A stretch of DNA of 64,000 bases from Candidatus Saccharimonadales bacterium (GTDB lineage: Bacteria > Patescibacteriota > Saccharimonadia > Saccharimonadales > UBA4665): contig JBOHNU010000002.1 in assembly GCA_050730855.1 (NCBI GenBank), forward strand, positions 23,820 to 87,819, given 5' to 3'. Below are positions 44,399-53,198 of this stretch, one piece after another. How positions within the stretch are numbered: the first letter of the stretch is position 1; every line of letters begins with the position of its first letter. Made by a program: the position numbers and the translations under genes. The notes beneath the pieces are model-generated. The model was not told where the DNA came from. It searched no databases and saw nothing but the letters and a program-made list of their open reading frames with translations.

Positions 44399-46000
44399 AT
44401 GAGCGATGATGCACGGCGTGATGAAGAGCTTGCCACCCAGCGGCGCAGTCGGATGCTTGGGCTAAGCTACCTGGACACTTCGTCTATCCCAAGTAAAGAG
44501 TTGTACCGCGATGTCCTGAGCGTGCCGGAGCTGTATAGTCTGCGGGTTATTCCGGTGCAAAAAAGCAAGGGTTACTTGGGGTTTGGCATTACCACTACCA
44601 CATCGCAGCAGAATATAAAGAACTTAATCCAGCGGTTTAGCGATTCGCGCGTGGAGTTTGCGCTGATTTCCGACGCCGGCTTCCGCGACTACATGAAGCT
44701 CTACGACCCCCCGAAACAGGTAGTGTACCAGGACATCGCCATAAGTCCGGTGACGTCCAGCGACCTGCTGGCACAAGTGTCGGCGACGCTTGCGCAGGTG
44801 CGACCCGACGACATCCTGGCCTACCTTGTAAAGCAAGCCTATCAGCTGAAGGCGTCGGACATCCACCTGGAAAACCAGAAGAAGGATGTGCGCATCAGGT
44901 TCCGGGTAGACGGCGTGCTGCACCCGATTGCCATGCTGGCGCGCGAGAAGTACCACCAGTTAATGTCCTCTATCGCCATCGCCGCTAACGTCAGCACCGA
45001 TGCGCCCGAGGCGCAAACCGGCCATGTTAATCGCACGTTTAAGCTGGCCACCGGCGAGGAAGTTACGGTAAACTTGCGCGTCGAAACCATTCCCAGCGCG
45101 TTCGGCCAGGACGCGGTGATGCGGTTGTTTACGCTCAAGCTCGAGCTGCTCAACCTGGACAACCTCGGCCTCAGCCCGCGCGAGCGGACGATTGTGGACG
45201 ACATCATTCGGCACCCTACCGGCATGGTTTTGGTGGTCGGCCCCACCGGTTCGGGCAAAACCACTACCATGTATTCGCTGATAAACACGCTCAACAGCAC
45301 TGAACGCAAGATAATCACCCTGGAAGATCCGGTGGAATATTTTATGGAGGGCGTGGTGCAAGTGCCAGTGTCGGGCGACAAGTCCCAGACCAGCTTTGCC
45401 GAAAAGCTGCGCGCGCTATTGCGCCTGGATCCCGATGTGGTGATGATCGGCGAAATCCGCGACCAAGATACGGCGCGCACCGCCCTCCAGGCGGCGCTGA
45501 CCGGACATTTGGTTCTAAGCACCTTCCACGCCTACAGCGCGGCCGCGGCGCTTACCCGTATGCTTGATTTTGTTGGCATCAACCCGTTGTTCGCTTCGGC
45601 CATCCACCTAATTATGGCGCAGCGCCTGGTACGCCGGCTAGACGACGCCACCAAGCAAGCCTACCAGCCCGACGACGCGCTGAAGGCGCAGCTCAAAACA
45701 GTTATCGACAACCTGCCGGCGGGCATTGACCGGCCTGATGTCAGCAACCTTACGCTGTACAAGCCAGGTGCGTCGCCAAGCAATCCGTTTGGCTACGGCG
45801 GACAATTGGCAATCCGCGAGCAGCTGCAAATGACCCCCGGCATCCGGCAGTTATTGCGGCTTCCGCCCAACCAAGTAACCACCGAAATGCTGCAAAAGAA
45901 GGCGCAAGAGGAGGGCATGATCACCATGCAACAAGACGGCATACTAAAAGCCGTCCAGGGCTTGACTACTATCGAAGAAGTGTACCGGGTTGTCGCCTAA
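44399..46000 (+). CDS. GspE/PilB-family type II secretion / type IV pilus assembly ATPase
   Basis: N-terminal T2SSE_N-like domain, GPTGSGKTTT Walker A, DPDVVMIGEIRD Walker B/Asp box, and a His box (LVLSTFHA). Start preferred at ATG 44399, 7 nt after TATAAT (44386-44391). Confidence 0.85.
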   Translation: MSDDARRDEELATQRRSRMLGLSYLDTSSIPSKELYRDVLSVPELYSLRVIPVQKSKGYLGFGITTTTSQQNIKNLIQRFSDSRVEFALISDAGFRDYMKLYDPPKQVVYQDIAISPVTSSDLLAQVSATLAQVRPDDILAYLVKQAYQLKASDIHLENQKKDVRIRFRVDGVLHPIAMLAREKYHQLMSSIAIAANVSTDAPEAQTGHVNRTFKLATGEEVTVNLRVETIPSAFGQDAVMRLFTLKLELLNLDNLGLSPRERTIVDDIIRHPTGMVLVVGPTGSGKTTTMYSLINTLNSTERKIITLEDPVEYFMEGVVQVPVSGDKSQTSFAEKLRALLRLDPDVVMIGEIRDQDTARTALQAALTGHLVLSTFHAYSAAAALTRMLDFVGINPLFASAIHLIMAQRLVRRLDDATKQAYQPDDALKAQLKTVIDNLPAGIDRPDVSNLTLYKPGASPSNPFGYGGQLAIREQLQMTPGIRQLLRLPPNQVTTEMLQKKAQEEGMITMQQDGILKAVQGLTTIEEVYRVVA

Positions 46001-46387
46001 TCAACATTTGGGCAAGTATTCGCTAATTTTACCGTGGTCGGCTGCTGCAACTTTAACGGGTCCAATCGTTGACTCGATGGTAACTTGTTTCGTTTCTTTA
46101 TTGAAACACTTAGCGACAACTAATATCCCCGCAGGCACCACTGCCGTCCTATATCCAGTCTCTGTAGTTCCGTACACGCACTGGTTCGGATCTCCTGCGC
46201 CGCCGTACACACGGGCAGGAAAGCCGTCAGACCCACCTTTGTTGGTCTCATGCAGGAGGTTAACATAGGCTGTGTTTGCGCAGGCAGCTGGCGAACTTGA
46301 CGGTGATACGTCCGGACTAGGGTTTACTGAAGGGCCGCACGCGGCTACGGCGCTCATTGCTCCAAATGCAATTGCTTCTCTGATCAT
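46001..46387 (-). CDS. hypothetical lipoprotein
   Basis: Lipobox-like AVAACG after a hydrophobic N-terminus. Four further Cys residues. No family recognised. Confidence 0.45.
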   Translation of the reverse strand: MIREAIAFGAMSAVAACGPSVNPSPDVSPSSSPAACANTAYVNLLHETNKGGSDGFPARVYGGAGDPNQCVYGTTETGYRTAVVPAGILVVAKCFNKETKQVTIESTIGPVKVAAADHGKISEYLPKC

Positions 46388-46417
46388 GCTTACTCCATCT
46401 TAGCGAAATAATGTAGA

Positions 46418-47551
46418 TTACTTTATCACGGCTGCGACTGCGTTTACAAGGCGTGTGTCGAGCACTTCGGTTATTATGCGGTCGCTGGTGGGTTTATCTG
46501 TAAGCGAAGCGATTGCCTCGGCAGCGGCGATTTTGTGGTCAAGGGTAATTTGGCGCACGCGGTTGTCCAGTGCGCCGCGGAAGATCCCCGGGAGGGCCAG
46601 GGCGTTGTTTACTTGGTTGGGGAAGTCGCTGCGGCCGGTGGCTACCACTGACGCGCCGGCTTTTCTGGCCTCGGCCGGCATAATTTCCGGAATGGGGTTG
46701 GCCATGGCAAAAATGATCGGGTTTTTGTCCATCGATTTTACCATGTCTGCCGTGAGCAGCCCGGATTTAGAGACGCCGATAAATACATCGGCGCCCTGCA
46801 AAATATCCCCAAGCGAGCCGTCAATGCCCGATAGATTGGTATACTTTAGCAGCTTTCGTTTTTCGTTGTTCAAATCTTTGCGGCTGGCGCTTATAACGCC
46901 CTTGCTGTCTACGGCGAACATCCGAGGTTTGGCATAAGCGTGCAGCAGCTTGATGATCGCCGTGCCGGCGGCGCCCGCGCCGGCAACTACTATTTTGGCG
47001 TCGCGAAGCTGGCGGCCGGTTACATTCATGGCGTTGATCAATCCGGCCAGCACTACTACCGCCGTGCCGTGCTGGTCGTCGTGAAATACTGGGATGCTTA
47101 GTTCGGCCTTCAGCCGCTCCTCTACCTCAAAACAAATAGGCGCGGCGATGTCCTCTAGGTTTATGCCGCCAAAGCTGGGCGCGATGGCCTTTACGGCGGC
47201 GACGATTTCATCGGCCGAATGTACGTCGAGCACGATCGGCACAGCGTCGATACCGGCAAAATGCTTGAACAGCATGCACTTGCCTTCCATTACCGGCAGT
47301 GCGCCGTAGGGGCCGATGTCTCCAAGTCCCAGCACTGCCGATCCGTCGCTAACCACGGCTACGGAGTTATTAAGCCAGGTGTAATCACGCGCCTGCTCGG
47401 GATGCTCGGCAACATAGCTGCTTACCGCCGCCACGCCTGGCGTGTAGTAGATGCTGAGCTTTTCCTGACTGTCTAAAGAATCTTTTAGGGCGACAGCAAT
47501 TTTGCCCTTAAGTTCCTTGTGCTTCTTAAGCGCCAGCTCCGCGTAATTCAT
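46418..47551 (-). CDS. NAD(P)-dependent malic enzyme (short prokaryotic form)
   Basis: YTPGVA, AVVSDGSAVLGLGDIG, FGGINLEDI and VAGAGAAG motifs. Confidence 0.85.
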   Translation of the reverse strand: MNYAELALKKHKELKGKIAVALKDSLDSQEKLSIYYTPGVAAVSSYVAEHPEQARDYTWLNNSVAVVSDGSAVLGLGDIGPYGALPVMEGKCMLFKHFAGIDAVPIVLDVHSADEIVAAVKAIAPSFGGINLEDIAAPICFEVEERLKAELSIPVFHDDQHGTAVVVLAGLINAMNVTGRQLRDAKIVVAGAGAAGTAIIKLLHAYAKPRMFAVDSKGVISASRKDLNNEKRKLLKYTNLSGIDGSLGDILQGADVFIGVSKSGLLTADMVKSMDKNPIIFAMANPIPEIMPAEARKAGASVVATGRSDFPNQVNNALALPGIFRGALDNRVRQITLDHKIAAAEAIASLTDKPTSDRIITEVLDTRLVNAVAAVIK

Positions 47552-47626
47552 CAGCTTATTATTCCATTAGTTCAACAGATGTGCTATACTTGATTTAAGC
47601 GAAAAATAAGGTAAAATAATACATCT

Positions 47627-48157
47627 ATGAAATCACTCATTCAGAAAATTGAAGCCAAGTTTAAAAAAGGTGCGGTTGTTAACGTAAAAAGCGGCGACAC
47701 CGTAAAAGTCCACCAGAAAATCCGCGAAGGCAGCAAAGAGCGCGTGCAGATTTTTCAGGGACTGGTTATCCGCACCGACCGCAAAGCTAGCCATACTAGC
47801 CGCATCACTGTCCGCCGCGTAGCAAGTGGCATTGGCGTTGAAAAGAGTTTTTTGCTGCACAGTCCGCTGGTGCTCAAGGTTGAGGTTACTAAACGCAGCA
47901 AAGTTCGCCGCAACTACCTAAGCTACATGCGCAAACTTACCGGCAAGTCCGCTCGCCTAAGCGGCGTAGATTTTGACCGCGAGACCGTAAACGCCGTCCA
48001 CGACAAAAAGGCCGAGGAAGAAGAGGCCAAACTCGCCGAAGAAAAGGCCGCAACAGCAGAGGCCGAGGCCGCCAAAAAAGCTGAAGAAGAAGCCAAGAAC
48101 GAAGCGAAAGTAGCCGCAGCTCTGGCTCAGCACGAGGCCGCAAAAGACGCCAAGTAG
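47627..48157 (+). CDS. rplS: 50S ribosomal protein L19 with Ala/Glu/Lys-rich C-terminal extension
   Basis: GDTVKVHQKIREGSKERVQIFQGLVI is the L19 core. About 60 extra C-terminal residues are low complexity. Confidence 0.9.
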   Translation: MKSLIQKIEAKFKKGAVVNVKSGDTVKVHQKIREGSKERVQIFQGLVIRTDRKASHTSRITVRRVASGIGVEKSFLLHSPLVLKVEVTKRSKVRRNYLSYMRKLTGKSARLSGVDFDRETVNAVHDKKAEEEEAKLAEEKAATAEAEAAKKAEEEAKNEAKVAAALAQHEAAKDAK

Positions 48158-48232
48158 GCGATCCCGGTCTATACTAACCCCACTTACGGAGGGATTTTCT
48201 TTACTCACCCAAACTGTGCTACCCTGGAGGGT

Positions 48233-48820
48233 ATGATTATTGGGGTCGATGAAGTTGGTAGGGGCTGTCTGGCTGGTCCGGTGGCAGCCGGCGCGGTGAT
48301 ATTGAGCCAAAAAATCCGCGGACTAAAAGACTCCAAGCTGCTAACCCGCGAGCAGCGCACTAAGTTTGACGCCCGCATCCGCCAGCGCGCCCTTGGCTTT
48401 GGCGTTGGCTGGGCTAGCGTAGAAGAGGTTAACGCGTTGGGTCTGACAGAGGCCGTCCGCTTGGCCATGCACCGAGCCGTCGACGAAGTCCTTTTGGCTG
48501 TCGATGCGGTCGAGCAACTCATCGTGGACGGCAACTATAACTACTTTGCCAACCACCGTCTCAGCCCAGTTAGCCAAGCGCTTATAAAAGCCGACCAGCT
48601 CGTGCCGGCGGTAAGCGCGGCGAGTATTATCGCCAAAGTTGCGCGCGATTTGCACATGACCGGCCTTGCGCCGCAGTACCCGGGTTTTGGATTTGAAAGC
48701 CATGTGGGCTACGCTACACCGGCGCACCGGCGTGCGCTGCGCGAACTTGGCGCCACCAACATTCACCGGATTAACTTTAGGCAGGTAAGGGAGGCTGTGG
48801 CCGCAAGTGACAAACGTTGA
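48233..48820 (+). CDS. rnhB: ribonuclease HII
   Basis: IIGVDEVGRGCLAGPV catalytic motif. GGAGGG SD upstream. Confidence 0.9.
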   Translation: MIIGVDEVGRGCLAGPVAAGAVILSQKIRGLKDSKLLTREQRTKFDARIRQRALGFGVGWASVEEVNALGLTEAVRLAMHRAVDEVLLAVDAVEQLIVDGNYNYFANHRLSPVSQALIKADQLVPAVSAASIIAKVARDLHMTGLAPQYPGFGFESHVGYATPAHRRALRELGATNIHRINFRQVREAVAASDKR

Positions 48821-49148
48821 CGCCGGCCGGCGTGCCGAGGAAGCAGCGGCGCTGTTTTTAGAACGCAAAGGCTGCCGGATTTTGCAGCGCAATTGGCGCA
48901 CTCGCTACTGCGAGATCGACATAGTTGCCAGCCGGGACGACACGGTGTACCTGTGCGAGGTAAAGTACCGCTTGCGTGCCACCCAGGGAACCGGGCTGGA
49001 GTACATTACGCCTAAGAAGTTGGCGCGGATGCGCTTTGCCGCCGAACTATGGGTGCAGGCCAACGGCTGGCAAGGCGCGTACGAGCTGTGCGCGATAGAG
49101 GTGTCCGGCTCGCAGTTCCAAATAACCGGTGTCGTGAGAGACTTATAG
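48807..49148 (+). CDS. YraN-family (UPF0102) endonuclease-like protein
   Basis: GRRAEEAAALFLERKGCRILQRNWR...EIDIVA is the YraN signature. It follows rnhB as in many bacteria. Confidence 0.8.
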   Translation: MTNVDAGRRAEEAAALFLERKGCRILQRNWRTRYCEIDIVASRDDTVYLCEVKYRLRATQGTGLEYITPKKLARMRFAAELWVQANGWQGAYELCAIEVSGSQFQITGVVRDL

Positions 49149-49162
49149 TTTGGGTTGGATTT

Positions 49163-51727
49163 CTACAAGAAGTACTGCTTAACCGCGGCAACGTCGCGCT
49201 GCAGCCAAGCCACGCGGTTCTCGATTTCTTCTATACCCAGTGTGATGCTGCGCTGCAAGGCGGGCAGTTTTTTGAGCGGCTCGAAGAAGGTGCGGTATTC
49301 GTCTAGCAACTGAGCGGTGTTAAAGGCGTTCGCCACGTAGCGCGGGAAGTAGTCGAAGCTGTTGTCGCTTGCGAATGTTTTTTCTATCCAATCCCAATGC
49401 TCGCGCAGCCAATCCCACGCCAGTTGGCGTGTGTCGCGGTTGCGCAGCAGGTACGCCAGCCAGCGGTCGACGTCGTGCTGCCGAACTTTTTTACCATCCT
49501 TTAACCGGCCTAGCAAGGTTTTTGCCTGGGCTGGGTTTTTTGTGGCGGTCAGCGCGTCCATAATATCGAGCTTTAGCGCGGTGTCGGTGGTGTTTTCGTC
49601 CAGATCTAACAGGTAGTCAAATGCGCCGCTGGCTTGCTGGCGGACGGCGGCGCCCAAGATTACGCTGCGCAGTTCGGACGTTACGGCCGCCGAGTCTTTT
49701 TTGTACTCGGCGAATAACTTAAGCGCCTCGGCAACAATTGCCGGATGCTTAGCGTACACGCCAAGGCTGATAATTAGCGCGCGCAGCTTGGTGTCTTCCG
49801 ACGATTCGCCGGGCTTTTCGCGCCAGCCCAGCCGCTTGTGCTGCGCGCCGACAAGCTGCCGCACAAAGGCGCGCATCGGCTCCTCCAGACTAGGGTCGAC
49901 ATCTATAAAGCGACGCAAGTCCGACAGCGTGAGCGCAATTATGTTCCACACCGGCTCTTCGTCTTCTTGCTTGTAGTGGTCGAGCAATTGCAGCGTCGCA
50001 CTGGTGGTTTGCTTGCCGGCGCGGGCAAGCATGGCGCTGTCGTTTAGCAGCGCCAGCCGTTCGGCCGGGTTCAGCCGTTTTTGAGCCGCTTGCTGGGCGA
50101 TTGCCTCGGCGTGCTCCGGGTTTACATAATGCACCAGGTAGTGGCCGGTCGCGCCCTGGTTGAGCCGCACCCAGCGGCTGTCGGGCAGCTCGGTCTGAAA
50201 GTGGTCTGCCTCAAGCAGCGCCGGGACACTCAGCGAATCCGCCAAAAGCGGCACCGGCCAGCGGCGTTCGGGGTCGGCCTTGGCTGGATCCATTAAAAAG
50301 TGAGTTTGCGCGATCGACAGTGACTGGCCATTCTGAGTAACTTCGATAACCGGGTAGCCGCTGCGCTCCAGCCAGGGCGTCATGATGTGGGCCACATCAC
50401 TGCCGTTGCTGAGTGCTTGCCACAAGTCGTCGCCGGTGGTGTTACCGTAGGCGTGTTTATCGAAGTACCTTTTTAGGCCTTTGCGGAACTCCTCTTGGCC
50501 CAGGTGCTGCACCAGCATATTGATCAGCCGGCCGCCCTTGGCGTATACAATGGATGGGTCGAAGATGCTGCCGATTTCGGCCGGATGGCGCACATCGGTT
50601 TTGATCGCCTGGACGCCGGCAATGCTGTCGCGCCGCAGCGCGGCCAATCCATCGGCGGCGATGTAGGTGTTCCAGATGCGCCAGTGCGGATACAGCGCGT
50701 CCTCTGCCACAAAGGCCATGACGTTGGCAAAACTTTCGTTTAGCCACAAGTCGTCCCACCAGCGCATGGTAACCAAATTGCCGAACCACTGGTGCGACAG
50801 TTCGTGCAGGATAACTTCGGCCGTGATTTCTTTGCCGCCTTGGGTCGCGGTGTCCGGGTCTGCCAGAAATACAGCCTCGCGGTAGGTAATGAGTCCCCAG
50901 TTTTCCATGGCGCCCGATGAAAAATCCGGTATGGCCACGTGGTCGCACTTGGGCAGCGGATAAGGAGTGTCGAAGTATTCCTCAAAAAAGTCCAGGCCGC
51001 GGGCGGCCACCTCCAGTGCGAAGTCCAGTGCCTCGGGGCGGTGTGCCTTGGTCGCCCACACTCTAACGTCTACGCCGTTCTTTGATTTCGTCTCCTTGCT
51101 TTGCAAATCGCCAAACACAAACGCCAGCAGGTAGGTCGGCATCCGCGGGGTTGTTTCGAAGAGCGTATGCAGTTTATCGCCCTTTGTAGTTTGGGTTTTT
51201 GGGGGCATGTTGCCTATAACCGCCTGGCTGGCGGGCGAGATAAGGCTGAGTGCGAACGTGGCTTTGGCTTCCGGTTCGTCGATACAAGGAAAGGCCTGGC
51301 GGGCAAAATGGCTTTCGAACTGCGTGGAGACTACCCGCTTTTGCTCGCCGCCGGCGGTGTAGTCCGAGTAATACGCACCCTGCATGCCGGCGCTGATTTT
51401 GCTGGCAAACTCCATTTCTACGGTGTAGCTCCCGGGGTACAGCATTTGCGCGGTGTGCAGGCGCAGCTCGTGCAGCGTGCGGTGGTGGTTAATGCGCGAA
51501 ACGGTTATCTCTTGGTCGCCCTTTTTGTCGTGGCGGGTAATTTTGGCGCCCAGCACCTTAACGCCGTTCTGGTGGAAGGTTAGCCGCTGCGACGGCCTCC
51601 CGGTCTTTTGGCCGGAAACTACAACCGTTCCGGTGATCTCGAGGGTTTCGGGGTTTGGCTCCAGGGATAGCTCGTAATGCTTGGGCGCAAAGCTGGCAAA
51701 AAGTCGGCGTACACGTTTAGAACCCAC
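49163..51727 (-). CDS. pepN: aminopeptidase N (M1 family)
   Basis: GAMENWG exopeptidase motif and HELSHQWFGNLVTMRWWDDLWLNESFA (HExxH-18-E). The GTG start at 51727-51725 and its GGAG lie inside the terminal repeat of element E. Confidence 0.9.
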   Translation of the reverse strand: MGSKRVRRLFASFAPKHYELSLEPNPETLEITGTVVVSGQKTGRPSQRLTFHQNGVKVLGAKITRHDKKGDQEITVSRINHHRTLHELRLHTAQMLYPGSYTVEMEFASKISAGMQGAYYSDYTAGGEQKRVVSTQFESHFARQAFPCIDEPEAKATFALSLISPASQAVIGNMPPKTQTTKGDKLHTLFETTPRMPTYLLAFVFGDLQSKETKSKNGVDVRVWATKAHRPEALDFALEVAARGLDFFEEYFDTPYPLPKCDHVAIPDFSSGAMENWGLITYREAVFLADPDTATQGGKEITAEVILHELSHQWFGNLVTMRWWDDLWLNESFANVMAFVAEDALYPHWRIWNTYIAADGLAALRRDSIAGVQAIKTDVRHPAEIGSIFDPSIVYAKGGRLINMLVQHLGQEEFRKGLKRYFDKHAYGNTTGDDLWQALSNGSDVAHIMTPWLERSGYPVIEVTQNGQSLSIAQTHFLMDPAKADPERRWPVPLLADSLSVPALLEADHFQTELPDSRWVRLNQGATGHYLVHYVNPEHAEAIAQQAAQKRLNPAERLALLNDSAMLARAGKQTTSATLQLLDHYKQEDEEPVWNIIALTLSDLRRFIDVDPSLEEPMRAFVRQLVGAQHKRLGWREKPGESSEDTKLRALIISLGVYAKHPAIVAEALKLFAEYKKDSAAVTSELRSVILGAAVRQQASGAFDYLLDLDENTTDTALKLDIMDALTATKNPAQAKTLLGRLKDGKKVRQHDVDRWLAYLLRNRDTRQLAWDWLREHWDWIEKTFASDNSFDYFPRYVANAFNTAQLLDEYRTFFEPLKKLPALQRSITLGIEEIENRVAWLQRDVAAVKQYFL

Positions 51728-51882
51728 TTCAAATCTCCACTCTGTTAAGAGAAGGCCATGCAGGTGAGTGCCAGTTGTTAGTTCTTGGGAGGAAGTGTAT
51801 CTGTAGATACACTGAAGAGCAAAACTGGCAACTGGTGCAGCCAGAATGGTCTGAGGCTGGAGGGGAGGTTTGAGGTGGGTTC
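51720..51882 (+). repeat. family-2 element, copy E (163 nt)
   Basis: Terminal repeats gaacccacttcaaatctccac and gggaggtttgaggtgggttc. 25-nt core ggtgagtgccagttgttagttcttg at 51763-51787. 8-bp apical hairpin agtgtatc/gatacact at 51794-51813. Confidence 0.85.
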
Positions 51883-51909
51883 TTACTCATCTGACAATTC
51901 TACACGTTG

Positions 51910-51938
51910 TTGACCATGTACGTCCACCCTGCTACAAT
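51910..51938 (+). promoter_or_regulatory. sigma70-like promoter candidate for nusA
   Basis: TTGACC (51910-51915), 17-nt spacer, TACAAT (51933-51938). Confidence 0.4.
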
Positions 51939-51948
51939 AAGGGTATTG

Positions 51949-51973
51949 GTCGGCCAGCGCGGTCGGCTTTTTT
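51949..51973 (+). terminator. terminator-like hairpin plus T6 inside the putative nusA leader (possible attenuator)
   Basis: gtcggcc agcgc ggtcggc forms a 7-bp stem including two G-T pairs, followed by tttttt (51968-51973). It lies between the predicted -10 box and the nusA ATG at 52001. Confidence 0.25.
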
Positions 51974-52000
51974 CATGCAAGTAGAAAGGAACCATACAAC

Positions 52001-53173
52001 ATGGAAATGGATTTTAAGCAACTGGCCGCCGCCATAAAGGCGCTAGCCGAAGAGAAAAACTTACCCGAAGATAAAGTGCAAGAAGTTGTGGAGCAGGCGC
52101 TGGCCGCCGCCTATCGCCGCGACTACGGCGAGCGCGAGCAGGAAGTGCGGGTAACTATGAACCTCAACACCGGAGACGTCGACGCCTACGCAAGCAAAGA
52201 GGTAGTCGAGACGGTCGGCAACCCCGCCTACGAAATGAGCTTGCAAGAGGCGCAAGTGATGCAAAAGAACGCCAAAATCGGCGACATGGTGGAGGTACAC
52301 GAGAAGGTCAACGACTTCGGCCGCGTAGCCGCTCAAACCGCCAAGCAAGTTATTTTGCAGCGCTTGCGCGAAGCCGAGCGCGAGGTGGTTATGGAGGAGT
52401 TTGAAGACAAGATCGGCACCGTAATTAACGCCATTGTGTCGCGCGTGGAAGGCAATATCGCGCGTGTCGATCTCGGCCGCGCCCAAGGCATTATGCCGCG
52501 CAGCGAGCAAATCCAGGGCGAACGCTATTACCCCGGCCAGCGCCTCAAAGTCTACCTAAAAGACGTGGAGCGCGGCCAGCGCGGCCCGCAGCTGATTGTT
52601 TCGCGTGGCTGCTCCGAGTTTGTAGAGTGGTTGTTCCGCGCCGAAGTGCCGGAGATGGAAAACGGCGCAGTCCAAATTAAAGGCATTGCCCGCGAAGGCG
52701 GCGTGCGCACCAAACTGGCGGTGATCAGCACCGTGCCCGGCGTTGACCCAGTCGGCACCTTTGTAGGTGGCCACGGCACACGCGTAAACGCCGTTGTCAG
52801 CGAGATTGGCGAGCAAGAAAAAATCGACATCACCGTTTTCAGCGACGACCCAGCAACCTACATTGTTAACGCGCTTAGCCCCACCAACGTCAGCAAAGTG
52901 ATTATCGAAAAAGACTCCAAAAGAGCCAAGGTGTTAGTTCCGGAAGATCAGCTAAGCATCGCCATCGGCCGCGGCGGCCAAAACGTCCGTCTGGCCAGCA
53001 AGCTTACCGGATACGAGCTAGACATCGAGTCCGACAAAGCGCCCGAGGCCAAGCCAGCACCGCAAACCGAGCAAAAAGAAACCCCGGCCGCCAAGCCAGT
53101 GGCGCCAAAGCTCAAGAAGAAGAGCGAATTGGAAAACAGCCTGCTAGAAGCCATAGAAAAACACGGCGAGTAG
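52001..53173 (+). CDS. nusA: transcription termination/antitermination factor NusA
   Basis: N-terminal domain, S1 domain (GTVINAIVSRVEGNIARVDLG) and two KH domains (IAIGRGGQNVRLASKLTG). Confidence 0.9.
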   Translation: MEMDFKQLAAAIKALAEEKNLPEDKVQEVVEQALAAAYRRDYGEREQEVRVTMNLNTGDVDAYASKEVVETVGNPAYEMSLQEAQVMQKNAKIGDMVEVHEKVNDFGRVAAQTAKQVILQRLREAEREVVMEEFEDKIGTVINAIVSRVEGNIARVDLGRAQGIMPRSEQIQGERYYPGQRLKVYLKDVERGQRGPQLIVSRGCSEFVEWLFRAEVPEMENGAVQIKGIAREGGVRTKLAVISTVPGVDPVGTFVGGHGTRVNAVVSEIGEQEKIDITVFSDDPATYIVNALSPTNVSKVIIEKDSKRAKVLVPEDQLSIAIGRGGQNVRLASKLTGYELDIESDKAPEAKPAPQTEQKETPAAKPVAPKLKKKSELENSLLEAIEKHGE

Positions 53174-53198
53174 AGTCGGTTAGTAAGCTTACAAATCT

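Noticed and set aside
47990-48140. Apparent repetitive GCC/GAA/AAG-rich DNA that might be a tandem repeat.
   Set aside because: There is no fixed repeat unit. It is the codon-level reflection of the Ala/Glu/Lys-rich tail of L19.
53183-53192. Perfect 10-nt palindrome GTAAGCTTAC just after nusA.
   Set aside because: It is too short to be a terminator or a specific operator, has no T-tract, and is likely chance.
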